From an uncultured Erysipelotrichaceae bacterium (GTDB lineage Bacteria; Bacillota_I; Bacilli_A; Erysipelotrichales; Erysipelotrichaceae), in NCBI GenBank assembly GCA_964370395.1, contig CAYJIZ010000006.1:1-64000 (forward strand): DNA of 64,000 nt, in the 5' to 3' direction. Within the stretch, counting starts at the first letter, position 1. Each line of letters starts with the position of its first letter. The position numbers were made by a program, and so were the translations under genes. This document shows, one piece after another, positions 27,946 to 37,598 of this stretch. Below the pieces are notes generated by a model. That model was not told the DNA's origin. It ran no database searches and was given only the letters and a program-made list of their open reading frames with translations.

Positions 27946-28773
27946 ATGAAGATATACAAGCGTTTAGTACAACCATATGTTGTATGGATTGCTTTGATGA
28001 TTGTCATACCGATGTTATTAATTGTTGTGTATGCTTTCTCTAAGCAAGGAAACGATGTACTAACTTTACAATTTACATTTGATAATTTTATTCGTTTCTT
28101 TCAAGATGAAATCTTTTTAGGTGTATTAATTACATCGCTTCGAATTGCGTTGGTTACCACTTTAATCTGTATTGTATTAGGGTATCCAGTCGCGTATTTC
28201 ATAGCGAAGATGAATGTGAAACGCAGTGCTTTCTTTATCTTATTAATTACGTTACCAATGTGGATCAATATGTTGGTAAGAACGTATGCTTGGATTGGGA
28301 TATTGAGTGACAACGGTGTGATTAATAACTTGTTGGCGTACTTCGGTATGGATAAAGTAAAATTGATTCATACGGAATTTGCCGTTATTTTGGGAATGGT
28401 TTATAACTTTATTCCTTTTATGATTCTACAAATTCATGCTTCGTTAGCGAAAATGGACAAAAGTTTATTGGAAGCGAGCAGCGACTTAGGAGCAAATCGT
28501 TTTCAAACGTTCATTCGTATTATTTTCCCATTATCGCTACCGGGGGTCATTTCAGGAATCACATTGGTATTTTTACCAGCTGTATCCAGTTTCTTCATTC
28601 CCAAATTACTTGGTGGTGGAGACCAATTATTAGTTGGGAACTTAATTGAAAACTACTTTATTACGACAGGGGATTGGAACTTTGGTAGTGCCATCTCATT
28701 AATTATGGCAATCATTATTATGCTTTCTATGTACTTAACAAAAAAAGTAGACAAAGAAGGCGGTGACGTCTAA
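27946..28773 (+). CDS. potB: Spermidine/putrescine ABC transporter permease PotB
   Basis: 6-TM permease with EAA-like region SLLEASSDLGANRFQTFIRII. Confidence 0.8.
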   Translation: MKIYKRLVQPYVVWIALMIVIPMLLIVVYAFSKQGNDVLTLQFTFDNFIRFFQDEIFLGVLITSLRIALVTTLICIVLGYPVAYFIAKMNVKRSAFFILLITLPMWINMLVRTYAWIGILSDNGVINNLLAYFGMDKVKLIHTEFAVILGMVYNFIPFMILQIHASLAKMDKSLLEASSDLGANRFQTFIRIIFPLSLPGVISGITLVFLPAVSSFFIPKLLGGGDQLLVGNLIENYFITTGDWNFGSAISLIMAIIIMLSMYLTKKVDKEGGDV

Positions 28774-30641
28774 TGAAGAAAAAAGGATTTGGTAGTAAGC
28801 TTTATTTGGCAGCGATCATGTTGTTTTTCTACTTGCCGATTATTTATATGGTAATCTTTTCTTTCAATGAATCAAAATCATTGTCTAAGTTTACAGGATT
28901 CTCATTGAAATGGTATGGGAAGATGTTAGAAAACAATACGATGATCGAGTCAATTTATTATACGGTATTAATTGCGATTATTGCGACAGTAGTGTCAACG
29001 GTAGTGGGAACACTAGCTAGTATCGGGATTTCTCGTTCGCGTAAAATAATCAAAGAAATGGTAATGCAAGTAAACAATTTGCCAGTTATGAATCCAGAGA
29101 TTGTTACCGCAATTGGATTGATGTTGTTTTTTACTTCATTGCGTATTGAAAAAGGATTTTGGACATTGTTGCTTTCGCATATCGCATTTTGTATCCCTTA
29201 TGTGATGCTAAGTGTGTTACCGCGAATTCGTCGCTTGGATCCTAACTTAGCAGAAGCAGCCATGGATTTGGGGGCTTCTCCCTTTTATGCATTACGAAAA
29301 GTAATCGTTCCACAATTGATGCCAGGGATTATCGCTGGTGCACTAATTGCGTTTACGATGTCATTTGATGATTTTATTATTTCTTATTTTGTAACAGGAC
29401 AAGGAATTAATAATATTTCCATTATGGTGTACACGATGTCAAAACGTGTAAACCCAACAATCAACGCTTTGTCGACATTAATTGTTGTGGCAATCAGTGT
29501 GATTTTAATTATGACAAACTTATTGGCAATGCGAAAAAAACGCGTTATGAAAAATGGAAAAATTAAATTTGCGATTTTAATTGTATGTATCAGTTTGGGT
29601 ATGTATGGATTGAATGTCTTACGTACGCAATCCAAGAGTAATTTTGATCCGATTAAAACGTATGGTTGTGATACCTTAAATGTATTTAACTGGGGTGAAT
29701 ATGTTGGTGAAAAGACGATTGCTAACTTTGAGAAACAATACAATGTAAAAGTGAATTATTCTGTCTTTGGTTCCAATGAAGAGATGTATACAAAATTACT
29801 TGGTGGAGACAACTATGATATTTTAATTCCGAGTGATTATATGATCGAACGTTTGATTGAAGAAGATATGTTACGTAAATTAAGTAAGAAAAACATTCCT
29901 AATTTAAGTAAATTAACGGATGGGGTGAAAAACTTACCATACGATCAAAAGAATACGTATTCGGTTCCTTACTTCTGGGGAAGTGTTGGAATCATTTACG
30001 ATAAGACAAAAGTGAGTGCCAATGATGTAGAGACACAAGGGTTTAATGTATTGAAAAATCAAAAATACAAAGGACATCTTTACATTTATGATAGTGAACG
30101 TGATTCGTTCATGATGGCATTAAAAGCATTGGGGTATTCTATGAATACAACAAATGACAAAGAGATTTTAGAAGCCTATGAATGGTTGCTTGAACTTAAG
30201 AGTACGATGAATCCTGTCTTTGTGACGGATGAAGTAATCGATGGTATGATCAACGGGGAAAAAGACATGGCAGTAGTATATAGTGGAGATGCCGCTTACA
30301 TTCAGATGGAAAATCCAAATATGGCATACTATGAACCAAAAGAAGGTACAAATCGCTGGTCTGATGCGATGGTAATACCGAAGAATGCCGCTTGTCCATT
30401 GTTAGCAGAAGAATTCATCAACTATAACTTAGAAGATGAAGTTGCATATGACAATTCGAATTATGTAGGATATACTTCAAGTGTTGATAAAGTGAAAAAA
30501 GCATTAGAGAAAAAAGAATACAAAGATAGCAGTGCTTACCAACCAAGAGTCAACTATCCTTTGGATGAAGTATTTGTGCATAATGAAGCGATGAAAAAAC
30601 GATTGTCAGAATTATGGATTAAGGTAAAAGCAGCAAAATAA
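28773..30641 (+). CDS. potCD: PotC permease fused to PotD-like periplasmic substrate-binding protein
   Basis: Residues 1-260 are permease (AAMDLGASPFYALRKVIVP EAA loop). Then TM FAILIVCISLGMYGL, then a ~350-aa SBP-like domain. Confidence 0.75.
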   Translation: MKKKGFGSKLYLAAIMLFFYLPIIYMVIFSFNESKSLSKFTGFSLKWYGKMLENNTMIESIYYTVLIAIIATVVSTVVGTLASIGISRSRKIIKEMVMQVNNLPVMNPEIVTAIGLMLFFTSLRIEKGFWTLLLSHIAFCIPYVMLSVLPRIRRLDPNLAEAAMDLGASPFYALRKVIVPQLMPGIIAGALIAFTMSFDDFIISYFVTGQGINNISIMVYTMSKRVNPTINALSTLIVVAISVILIMTNLLAMRKKRVMKNGKIKFAILIVCISLGMYGLNVLRTQSKSNFDPIKTYGCDTLNVFNWGEYVGEKTIANFEKQYNVKVNYSVFGSNEEMYTKLLGGDNYDILIPSDYMIERLIEEDMLRKLSKKNIPNLSKLTDGVKNLPYDQKNTYSVPYFWGSVGIIYDKTKVSANDVETQGFNVLKNQKYKGHLYIYDSERDSFMMALKALGYSMNTTNDKEILEAYEWLLELKSTMNPVFVTDEVIDGMINGEKDMAVVYSGDAAYIQMENPNMAYYEPKEGTNRWSDAMVIPKNAACPLLAEEFINYNLEDEVAYDNSNYVGYTSSVDKVKKALEKKEYKDSSAYQPRVNYPLDEVFVHNEAMKKRLSELWIKVKAAK

Positions 30642-30672
30642 AAAGAAAAGAAGCGTGAGCTTCTTTTTTTCT
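30641..30672. terminator. Bidirectional intrinsic terminator shared by potCD (+) and proA (-)
   Basis: A-run, gaagcgtgagcttc hairpin, T-run. Confidence 0.7.
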
Positions 30673-31913
30673 TATTTGCGAATGGTACCATTTCCTTTGA
30701 TTAAATATTTGTAGGATGTCAACGCTTCTAGACCCATCGGTCCACGAGCGTGAATCTTTTGTGTAGAAATACCGATTTCTGCACCGAAACCGAATTCGTT
30801 TCCATCTGAGAAGCGAGAACTTGCATTTGCATACACACATGCACTGTCTACTGCTTCAAAAAAGAAGTCGATATTTGTTTCGTTTTCACTCACAATGACA
30901 TCAGAGTGTTTTGTGTTGTAAGTATTGATGTGGTTGATTGCTTCTTCGATATCGTTCACTACTTTTATTGAAATTTCATAGTCTAAGTATTCGCAAGCAT
31001 AATCTTCTTCGTTTGCATATACGATGCTTTGGTCGTATTCGCATGTTTGTTTGCAACCATGAATGCGAACATTGTGTTGTTTTAGTGCTTCAATCAGTGC
31101 TGGTAAGATCGCATCTTTGCAATTAGTGTGAACTAGTACGCTTTCGCAAGCGTTGCATACACTCACTCTTTGTGTTTTGGCATTGATGATAATGGCCATC
31201 GCATCTTCTATGTTTGCGTATTCATCTACGTAGACATGGCAGTTTCCTGTTCCTGTTTCAATGATAGGAACACTTGCGTTTTCTACGGTTGTTTTAATTA
31301 AGTTTGCGCCTCCACGAGGAATCAATAAGTCTAAGTATTTTGTTAGTCGCATAAATTGTGTTGCCATTTCGCGACTTGTATCTTCTAGTAAGGCAATGCA
31401 ATCACGGTTGAAACCAGCAGCTTCTAGTCCATTTTGCATCGCTTGCACAAGTGCTTTATTGGAATGAATTGTATCGCTGCTTCCGCGTAAGAAACAAGCG
31501 TTACCACTTTTTAAACAAAGGGTAGCCGCATCGACACTCACATTTGGTCGTGCTTCATAAATGATACCGATGACACCGATAGGAACACTTTTCTTTGTGA
31601 AGTTAAGTTCATTGATGCTCCAAGAATCCAATACTTTATGGCAAGGGTCTTGCAGTTGAATGACTTGGCGTACCCCTTCGATGATATTTGCCAAACGTGT
31701 TTCATCAAGTGCCAAACGATCGATAAAGGAAGGTGTTCTTCCTTTTTCTTTTGCTACTTCAATGTCTTTTTGGTTTGCTTCCAAGATTGCCTGGCAATCT
31801 TTTTGAAGATGTTCACAAATATGTGCAAGAGCATCGTTTTTTTCAACTTCGCTTTTTCGCATTAGCTGAAATGCAGCATCTTTGCAACGTTTTCCTTTTT
31901 CTAAAAGTTCCAT
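30672..31913 (-). CDS. proA: Glutamate-5-semialdehyde dehydrogenase (gamma-glutamyl phosphate reductase)
   Basis: 413-aa aldehyde dehydrogenase-fold ProA; catalytic Cys region. Immediately downstream of proB. Confidence 0.85.
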   Translation of the reverse strand: MELLEKGKRCKDAAFQLMRKSEVEKNDALAHICEHLQKDCQAILEANQKDIEVAKEKGRTPSFIDRLALDETRLANIIEGVRQVIQLQDPCHKVLDSWSINELNFTKKSVPIGVIGIIYEARPNVSVDAATLCLKSGNACFLRGSSDTIHSNKALVQAMQNGLEAAGFNRDCIALLEDTSREMATQFMRLTKYLDLLIPRGGANLIKTTVENASVPIIETGTGNCHVYVDEYANIEDAMAIIINAKTQRVSVCNACESVLVHTNCKDAILPALIEALKQHNVRIHGCKQTCEYDQSIVYANEEDYACEYLDYEISIKVVNDIEEAINHINTYNTKHSDVIVSENETNIDFFFEAVDSACVYANASSRFSDGNEFGFGAEIGISTQKIHARGPMGLEALTSYKYLIKGNGTIRK

Positions 31914-31915
31914 GC

Positions 31916-32695
31916 TTACTTTCCTTTCTTGGCTTTGAATAAAGTTCCAACAACCTTACCATCGATGATGTCATAGATGACATTCACATCTTTTCCATTC
32001 ACAATTAACACATCGCAACCTGCTTGTGTCGCAATCTTTGCTGCGTGAATTTTGGTAATCATACCACCAGTACCAACATTGCTACTTGTGTCTTCCGCCA
32101 TCGCTTCAATCTTTTCATCGATGTGCTCAACAAGCGAAATCAGTTTGGCATCGTCGTATCGTGAAGGGTTTTTATCGTACAACCCATCGATGTCGCTTAA
32201 AATAATTAATAAATCAGCATGCAATAAGTCTGCGGTAATCGCACTTAACGTATCATTGTCACCGTAGACGATTTCATCGGTAGCCACACTATCGTTTTCG
32301 TTGATAATGGGAATCGAATTGTATTTCTTTAATAATGTCTCTAATGTATTGGATGCATTATTACGTAGCGTTTCATCTAAGATAACACGTTTTGTCATAA
32401 GTAATTGGGCAACGGTTTTGGCGTATTGTGAGAAAAATTTATCGTAAATGTACATAAGCTCACATTGTCCAATGGAAGCCATCGCTTGTTTTTCTTCTAA
32501 AGTTTGGGGACGATCGCTTAATCCCATTTTTCCACGACCAGCAGCCATTGCTCCTGAACTTACTAAAATCACTTCGTTACCTTGGTTGCTTAAATCGCTT
32601 AGTACTTTTGTCAGTTGTTCCAACTTTCTTAAGTTTAATAGACCTGTTTTATGTGTAATCGTACTGGAACCTACTTTTACGACAATTCGCTTCAT
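31916..32695 (-). CDS. proB: Glutamate 5-kinase (short form lacking PUA domain)
   Basis: MKRIVVKVGSSTITHKTG...VSSGAMAAGRG amino-acid kinase signature. Confidence 0.85.
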   Translation of the reverse strand: MKRIVVKVGSSTITHKTGLLNLRKLEQLTKVLSDLSNQGNEVILVSSGAMAAGRGKMGLSDRPQTLEEKQAMASIGQCELMYIYDKFFSQYAKTVAQLLMTKRVILDETLRNNASNTLETLLKKYNSIPIINENDSVATDEIVYGDNDTLSAITADLLHADLLIILSDIDGLYDKNPSRYDDAKLISLVEHIDEKIEAMAEDTSSNVGTGGMITKIHAAKIATQAGCDVLIVNGKDVNVIYDIIDGKVVGTLFKAKKGK

Positions 32696-32734
32696 AAAAT
32701 CACCCCTTATAATTTTTACTATTATACCTTATGT

Positions 32735-32764
32735 TTACTACAAATACAAATGTATTCGTAGTAA
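32735..32764. promoter_or_regulatory. 30-bp near-perfect palindrome TTACTACAAATACA-AA-TGTATTCGTAGTAA between divergent proBA and glmS
   Basis: 14-bp arms with 1 mismatch and a 2-nt spacer. Located ~40-70 bp upstream of the proB start codon. Confidence 0.45.
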
Positions 32765-32849
32765 AGACACACTGGTAAAAAAGTTTTTGTTGCAATGCGT
32801 ATTTGTTTTGCATATAATAATAACAGTTATTGTTGCGTGATGAAAAACA

Positions 32850-33010
32850 ATAACGAGCGCCAGGACACAGTTTTGTGTTGACGAGGAAAGCAGTTATCGA
32901 AAGATTCGGCGGGTGCTGCTTCGGTCTTTAGTGGATCGTCAGAAATGTTACAAAGGGCAACATAATACGCTTAAAAAACATTTCACCACTGTTTGAATGA
33001 AAAAAGAAGC
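32850..33010 (+). ncRNA. glmS ribozyme: glmS ribozyme (GlcN6P-dependent self-cleaving riboswitch) in the glmS 5' leader
   Basis: Core elements AGCGCCAGGAC (cleavage-site region), GACGAGGAAAGCAGTTATCGAAAGATTCGGCGGGTGC (conserved P2/P2.1 core), immediately upstream of glmS. The 3' boundary is approximate. Confidence 0.8.
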
Positions 33011-33060
33011 CTTATTTAAGGATGCTTTTTCGTATGAAAAAACAGGAGGAACAATTGAAT

Positions 33061-34878
33061 ATGTGTGGAATTGTCGGCTATGTGGGTTGCAAAGCAATCG
33101 CAAATAGTGTTTTAATCGACGGTTTGATGTCACTTGAATATCGTGGTTACGATTCAGCAGGAGTAGCAATGCGTCAAGATGACAAGATTCAAATCGTGAA
33201 GACAAGAGGAAAGGTAGCATCTTTACAAGAAAAGCTAAGTGCGCTGAAAGTAAAGGATGCGACATTGGGCATCGCTCATACAAGATGGGCAACACATGGA
33301 ATTCCAAATGAAAGTAATTCACACCCTCATCATCAAGGATGTGTAACGCTAGTTCATAATGGGATTGTTGAGAATTATCATGAGATAAAAAAAGAAATGG
33401 AACAAGTAGGGTATGTATTTACTTCCCAAACAGATAGTGAAGTGGCTTGTGCCTACATTGATTTTATCTTTCAGCAAACAAAAGACAAAAGAAAAACAAT
33501 GGTATTAGCAAACCGAAGATTTCGTGGTAGTTTCGCGTTTGGTATTTTGTTTGATGACGATTTGGATACGCTTTATGCAATGCGTAGAAATTCACCGCTT
33601 ATCGTTGCAACAAGTGATGATGCTAATTTTATCGCAAGTGATGTACCCGCTATCGTAAAGTATACGAAACAATATATTTTATTAGGGCAAGATGAATTTG
33701 TGGTACTGAATAAAGATGCGATTCATGTATATAATAGTAATAATGAAGAAGTCGATTATACGATTCGTGAAGCATTGATGGATGTTGTGGACATTCAAAA
33801 GGGTGGTTTTGAACATTTCATGTTGAAAGAGATTCATGATGAACCTAGTGTTGTAAAAGCAACGATCACGCATTATGTACAAGATGACATTTCGCAGTTA
33901 TTGCAATCGATGCCAGATTTATCGAAGTATCGTGAAATTGATATCGTGGCTTGTGGTAGCGCGATGTATGCGGGAATGATTGCCAAGTCATTGATGGAAA
34001 ACAAAGCTAGAATAAAAGTCAATGTAGAAGTAGCGAGTGAATACCGTTATAAAAATCCGATCTTAAATGAATCGACATTAGTGTTACTTGTTTCCCAAAG
34101 TGGGGAAACAGCAGATACGTTGGCTGCACTTCATTTAGCGAAACAGCAAGGTGTGGATACTTTAGCTATCGTGAATGTTGTAGGAAGCAGTATCGCAAGA
34201 GAGGCCAAATACGTATTGTATACGTTAGCAGGTCCTGAAATTGCGGTTGCAACAACCAAAGCATATTGTACGCAAGTGGCATTGTTGTCATTAATTACGC
34301 TTAATTTGGCGTTTGTGAATGAGAAAATAAACAAAGAAGAAGCGAATCAAATTATTATGCAGATGCAACAAATTCCAAACATCTTATCGCATTTGATACA
34401 AGATGTGCAATATGTGCAAGCAGGTAAAATCATTTCGCGTTATAACGATGTATTCTTTATCGGGCGTGGTTTGGATTATGCCTTGTCATTAGAAGGATCC
34501 TTGAAGTTAAAAGAGATCTCTTATATTCATAGTGAAGCATATGCAGCAGGGGAATTAAAACATGGAACCATTTCATTGATTGAAAAAGGAACTCCTGTTA
34601 TCGCCTTAGCGAGTGATGAACAATTGTATGAAAAAACAATTAGTAATATAAAAGAAGTCAAAGCAAGAGGGGCAAATGTAATTTTGATTTGCCGTGAAGA
34701 CTTTGAAGTTAGTGATGATTTTTATGATTATCGTATTTTGATTCCAAAGGTGGATGTCTTGGTACAAGCGATTGCAATGATTGTTCCTTTGCAATTGTTG
34801 TCGTATCAAGTAGCCAATCTGAGAGGATGCGAAATTGACCAACCACGTAACTTAGCAAAATCGGTTACTGTGGAATAG
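33061..34878 (+). CDS. glmS: Glutamine--fructose-6-phosphate aminotransferase
   Basis: MCGIVGYVG N-terminus (Cys2 nucleophile); two SIS domains; C-terminal ...KSVTVE. RBS AGGAGG. The ORF-track start 33022 is an upstream in-frame extension. Confidence 0.9.
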   Translation: MCGIVGYVGCKAIANSVLIDGLMSLEYRGYDSAGVAMRQDDKIQIVKTRGKVASLQEKLSALKVKDATLGIAHTRWATHGIPNESNSHPHHQGCVTLVHNGIVENYHEIKKEMEQVGYVFTSQTDSEVACAYIDFIFQQTKDKRKTMVLANRRFRGSFAFGILFDDDLDTLYAMRRNSPLIVATSDDANFIASDVPAIVKYTKQYILLGQDEFVVLNKDAIHVYNSNNEEVDYTIREALMDVVDIQKGGFEHFMLKEIHDEPSVVKATITHYVQDDISQLLQSMPDLSKYREIDIVACGSAMYAGMIAKSLMENKARIKVNVEVASEYRYKNPILNESTLVLLVSQSGETADTLAALHLAKQQGVDTLAIVNVVGSSIAREAKYVLYTLAGPEIAVATTKAYCTQVALLSLITLNLAFVNEKINKEEANQIIMQMQQIPNILSHLIQDVQYVQAGKIISRYNDVFFIGRGLDYALSLEGSLKLKEISYIHSEAYAAGELKHGTISLIEKGTPVIALASDEQLYEKTISNIKEVKARGANVILICREDFEVSDDFYDYRILIPKVDVLVQAIAMIVPLQLLSYQVANLRGCEIDQPRNLAKSVTVE

Positions 34879-34950
34879 TGATGGTATTACCCATAAGGTC
34901 AAATACTCACATATACTCACAAACTTTCTACCTTATGGTTAATATAGAGT

Positions 34951-34979
34951 AGGCTAAATGCATGTTTAGCCTTTTTTTA
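34951..34979 (+). terminator. Intrinsic terminator after glmS
   Basis: aggctaaa-tgcatg-tttagcct + TTTTTTT. Confidence 0.8.
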
Positions 34980-35067
34980 TTGTTGCAGTAGTGCTGTTGG
35001 ATTGGATAACGTTTACATTTTTGGTGTTTTCGATTAAAATTGATAGAGTATAGAAACAGGTGATAGT

Positions 35068-35781
35068 ATGCGATTTAAAACAAGAGTATTTTTTGGAAGC
35101 ATTATGTGTTTTATGGCAATTTATATTGTCTTTTTCACTTGCATTGATACGATTGCTTTTAATCGTCATTTCTTTAACTTTGAATACGATTTGAATAATA
35201 CAGCCGAAAAATTAGGAATGAGTAAAACGGGCTTATACGATGCCAGTGATACTTTACTTGATTACATGCAAGGGTATCGCAGTAATATCGATGTGCAAGT
35301 AAAAGTCGATCATAAAGTGCGTGAAGTATTTAATGAACGAGAAAAAGAACATATGGTAGATGTGAAGAACTTATACCAAAATGCGCGTTTGATTAGAGAT
35401 GTGCTACTTGTCACGTTTGTGTTTATGTTCCTATTCTTGTATTATGAAAACAAAAAAGAACTGAAAGAAGTCATCACGTATGCTTATTTACGCGTCGCCA
35501 TTATTTTCGCTTTTGCCTTATTTGCGATTATCGTTTACGCAGTAAGTGATTTTACCGCATTTTGGACGATGTTTCATAAAATCTTCTTTACGAATGATTT
35601 ATGGCTACTCAATCCATCCACGAGTTTAATGATTAATATGTTCCCAGAGCGTTTCTTTAGTCATTTGGTATTTGCGATTGCGGGAAGTTTTATCGCTTTG
35701 TACCTTTTCTTCTTTGTGTACAGTTTGCGCTACCAACGCAAATTGATGAAATTAGTAAAACAAAAAGAACCATCAAAGTAG
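35068..35781 (+). CDS. Polytopic membrane protein, TIGR01906/DUF1461-like
   Basis: 237 aa; 4 hydrophobic segments; family assignment from sequence resemblance only. Confidence 0.45.
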   Translation: MRFKTRVFFGSIMCFMAIYIVFFTCIDTIAFNRHFFNFEYDLNNTAEKLGMSKTGLYDASDTLLDYMQGYRSNIDVQVKVDHKVREVFNEREKEHMVDVKNLYQNARLIRDVLLVTFVFMFLFLYYENKKELKEVITYAYLRVAIIFAFALFAIIVYAVSDFTAFWTMFHKIFFTNDLWLLNPSTSLMINMFPERFFSHLVFAIAGSFIALYLFFFVYSLRYQRKLMKLVKQKEPSK

Positions 35782-35810
35782 TAGCGAGATATCGTTACTA
35801 CTTTTTTTAT
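35779..35810 (+). terminator. Intrinsic terminator
   Basis: gtagtagcgagatatcgttactac hairpin + TTTTTTT. Confidence 0.7.
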
Positions 35811-35903
35811 GCAAATGTGACTTTGTTGAGGAAATTATTAATTTGTCATTGCGATTTTATAGGGTTAGTAGTATCATAATAAGAAAAAAAGGGGCGTAGT
35901 ATC

Positions 35904-36965
35904 ATGGAAATTAAAGTAACTAGAGCAACAACATTAAAACCAAAACCAAGCCAAGAAAATTTAGGATTTGGTAATTATTTTAGCGATCATATGTTTATGA
36001 TGGATTGGGAAGAAGGAAAAGGATGGCATAATGCACAAATCTTACCTTATGCACCAATTGCGATGGATCCAGCAAGTATGGTATTGCATTATGCACAAGA
36101 AACATTTGAAGGTTTAAAAGCATATCGTAATGGCGATCAAATTTTATTGTTTCGTCCAGAGATGAATGCACGTCGTATGATGAAAAGTAACGAACGTTTA
36201 TGTATGGCTGAAGTACCAGAAGAAATGTTTGTCGAAGCTTGTGAAGCGCTTGTGAAATACGAAAAAGATTGGATTCCAACCGCAGAAGGAACTTCTCTTT
36301 ACATTCGTCCATTTTGTTTCGCAAGTGAATCTGGAGTGGGTGTTCACCCATCGAAATCCTACAAGTTTGTTATTATCTTATCACCAGTTGGTGCGTATTA
36401 TCCAGAAGGGGTTAATCCAGTTAAAATCTTCGTAGAAGACGAATATGTAAGAGCAGTAATTGGAGGAACAGGATTTGCGAAATGTGGTGGTAACTATGCC
36501 GCAAGTATTGCAGCGCAAGTAAAAGCAGAAAAACTAGGGTATACACAAGTATTATGGTTAGATGGTGTACACCGTAAATATGTAGAAGAAGTGGGAACGA
36601 TGAACGTTATGTTTGTGATTGATAATGAAATCGTAACCGCACCATTAGAAGGAAGCGTACTTCCAGGGGTAACAAGAGATTCTTGTTTGGCTATTTTAAA
36701 GGAATGGGGTTATACCGTTCGTGAAGAACATTTGGCAATTGATGATTTAATGCAATATGCAGCGAACAATCGTTTACAAGAAGCGTTTGGTACAGGGACA
36801 GCTGCCGTTATTTCACCAGTTGGTGAGTTAAACTACAAAGGCAACATTCAAGTGATCAACGATTTTAAAATTGGTCCATTAACACAACGTTTGTACGATG
36901 AGTTAACAGGTATTCAATGGGGGAAAATTCAAGACACTAGAGGTTGGTGTAAGGTTGTTGAATAG
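35904..36965 (+). CDS. ilvE: Branched-chain amino acid aminotransferase (class IV PLP fold)
   Basis: FGNYFSDHMF...LHYAQETFEGLKAYR...LYIRPF; 353 aa. Confidence 0.85.
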   Translation: MEIKVTRATTLKPKPSQENLGFGNYFSDHMFMMDWEEGKGWHNAQILPYAPIAMDPASMVLHYAQETFEGLKAYRNGDQILLFRPEMNARRMMKSNERLCMAEVPEEMFVEACEALVKYEKDWIPTAEGTSLYIRPFCFASESGVGVHPSKSYKFVIILSPVGAYYPEGVNPVKIFVEDEYVRAVIGGTGFAKCGGNYAASIAAQVKAEKLGYTQVLWLDGVHRKYVEEVGTMNVMFVIDNEIVTAPLEGSVLPGVTRDSCLAILKEWGYTVREEHLAIDDLMQYAANNRLQEAFGTGTAAVISPVGELNYKGNIQVINDFKIGPLTQRLYDELTGIQWGKIQDTRGWCKVVE

Positions 36966-37527
36966 TCCAATTATATTGGCTTCTGCTTCGCCAAGACGCA
37001 AACAACTTTTAGAAAGTGTTGATCTGGCGTTTACTTGTGTTACCTCACAAGTAGAGGAAGTGTTTGATACAACATTACCCATTCCCAAAGCGATCGAATC
37101 CTTAGCTTTGCAAAAAGCAGAGGAAGTAGCAAAACGACATCGTGATGCGATTGTGATAGGGGCAGATACGATGGTCGTATTTGAGCAACAAGTATTAGGA
37201 AAGCCAAAAGATGATATAGAAGCAAAAGCGATGTTGCAAATGTTATCAGGTAAAACACACCAAGTGATTACAGGTGTTGCGCTTGTTTACCAACAACAAG
37301 TATTGGTCTTTCATGAAACAACAAACGTTACCTTTTATACGTTAGAAGAAGAAATGATCAATGCGTATGTGGCAAGCAAAGAACCACTTGATAAAGCAGG
37401 GTCCTATGGAATACAAGGAAAAGCGAGTATTTTTGTGGAAGCAATACAAGGAGATTATTGCAATGTGGTAGGTCTGCCACTTGCGAAAGTATATCGATAT
37501 ATTCAAAAAATAAAAAAGTCTGTATAA
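36955..37527 (+). CDS. maf: Maf-like nucleoside triphosphate pyrophosphatase / septum formation protein
   Basis: ILASASPRRKQLL...VIGADTMVV; 190 aa. Overlaps the ilvE end. Confidence 0.85.
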   Translation: MLNSPIILASASPRRKQLLESVDLAFTCVTSQVEEVFDTTLPIPKAIESLALQKAEEVAKRHRDAIVIGADTMVVFEQQVLGKPKDDIEAKAMLQMLSGKTHQVITGVALVYQQQVLVFHETTNVTFYTLEEEMINAYVASKEPLDKAGSYGIQGKASIFVEAIQGDYCNVVGLPLAKVYRYIQKIKKSV

Positions 37528-37538
37528 GACTTTTTTTG
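37511..37538 (+). terminator. Intrinsic terminator
   Basis: aagtctgtataagactt + TTTTTTT. Confidence 0.7.
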
Positions 37539-37598
37539 TATTTAAGGATTTTTTAATAATTACTATTCTATAATACTATTATCACAAGGGGGTAAGTA

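Noticed and set aside
32696-32850. Possible T-box leader for proBA on the minus strand
   Set aside because: Only ~155 nt available. No T-box consensus (AATTAGGGTGGNACCGCG) or antiterminator/terminator pair on the reverse complement.
33022-33060. N-terminal extension MLFRMKKQEEQLN of the glmS ORF
   Set aside because: GlmS requires Cys as residue 2 (N-terminal nucleophile after Met removal). ATG 33061 with AGGAGG RBS gives MCGIVGY.
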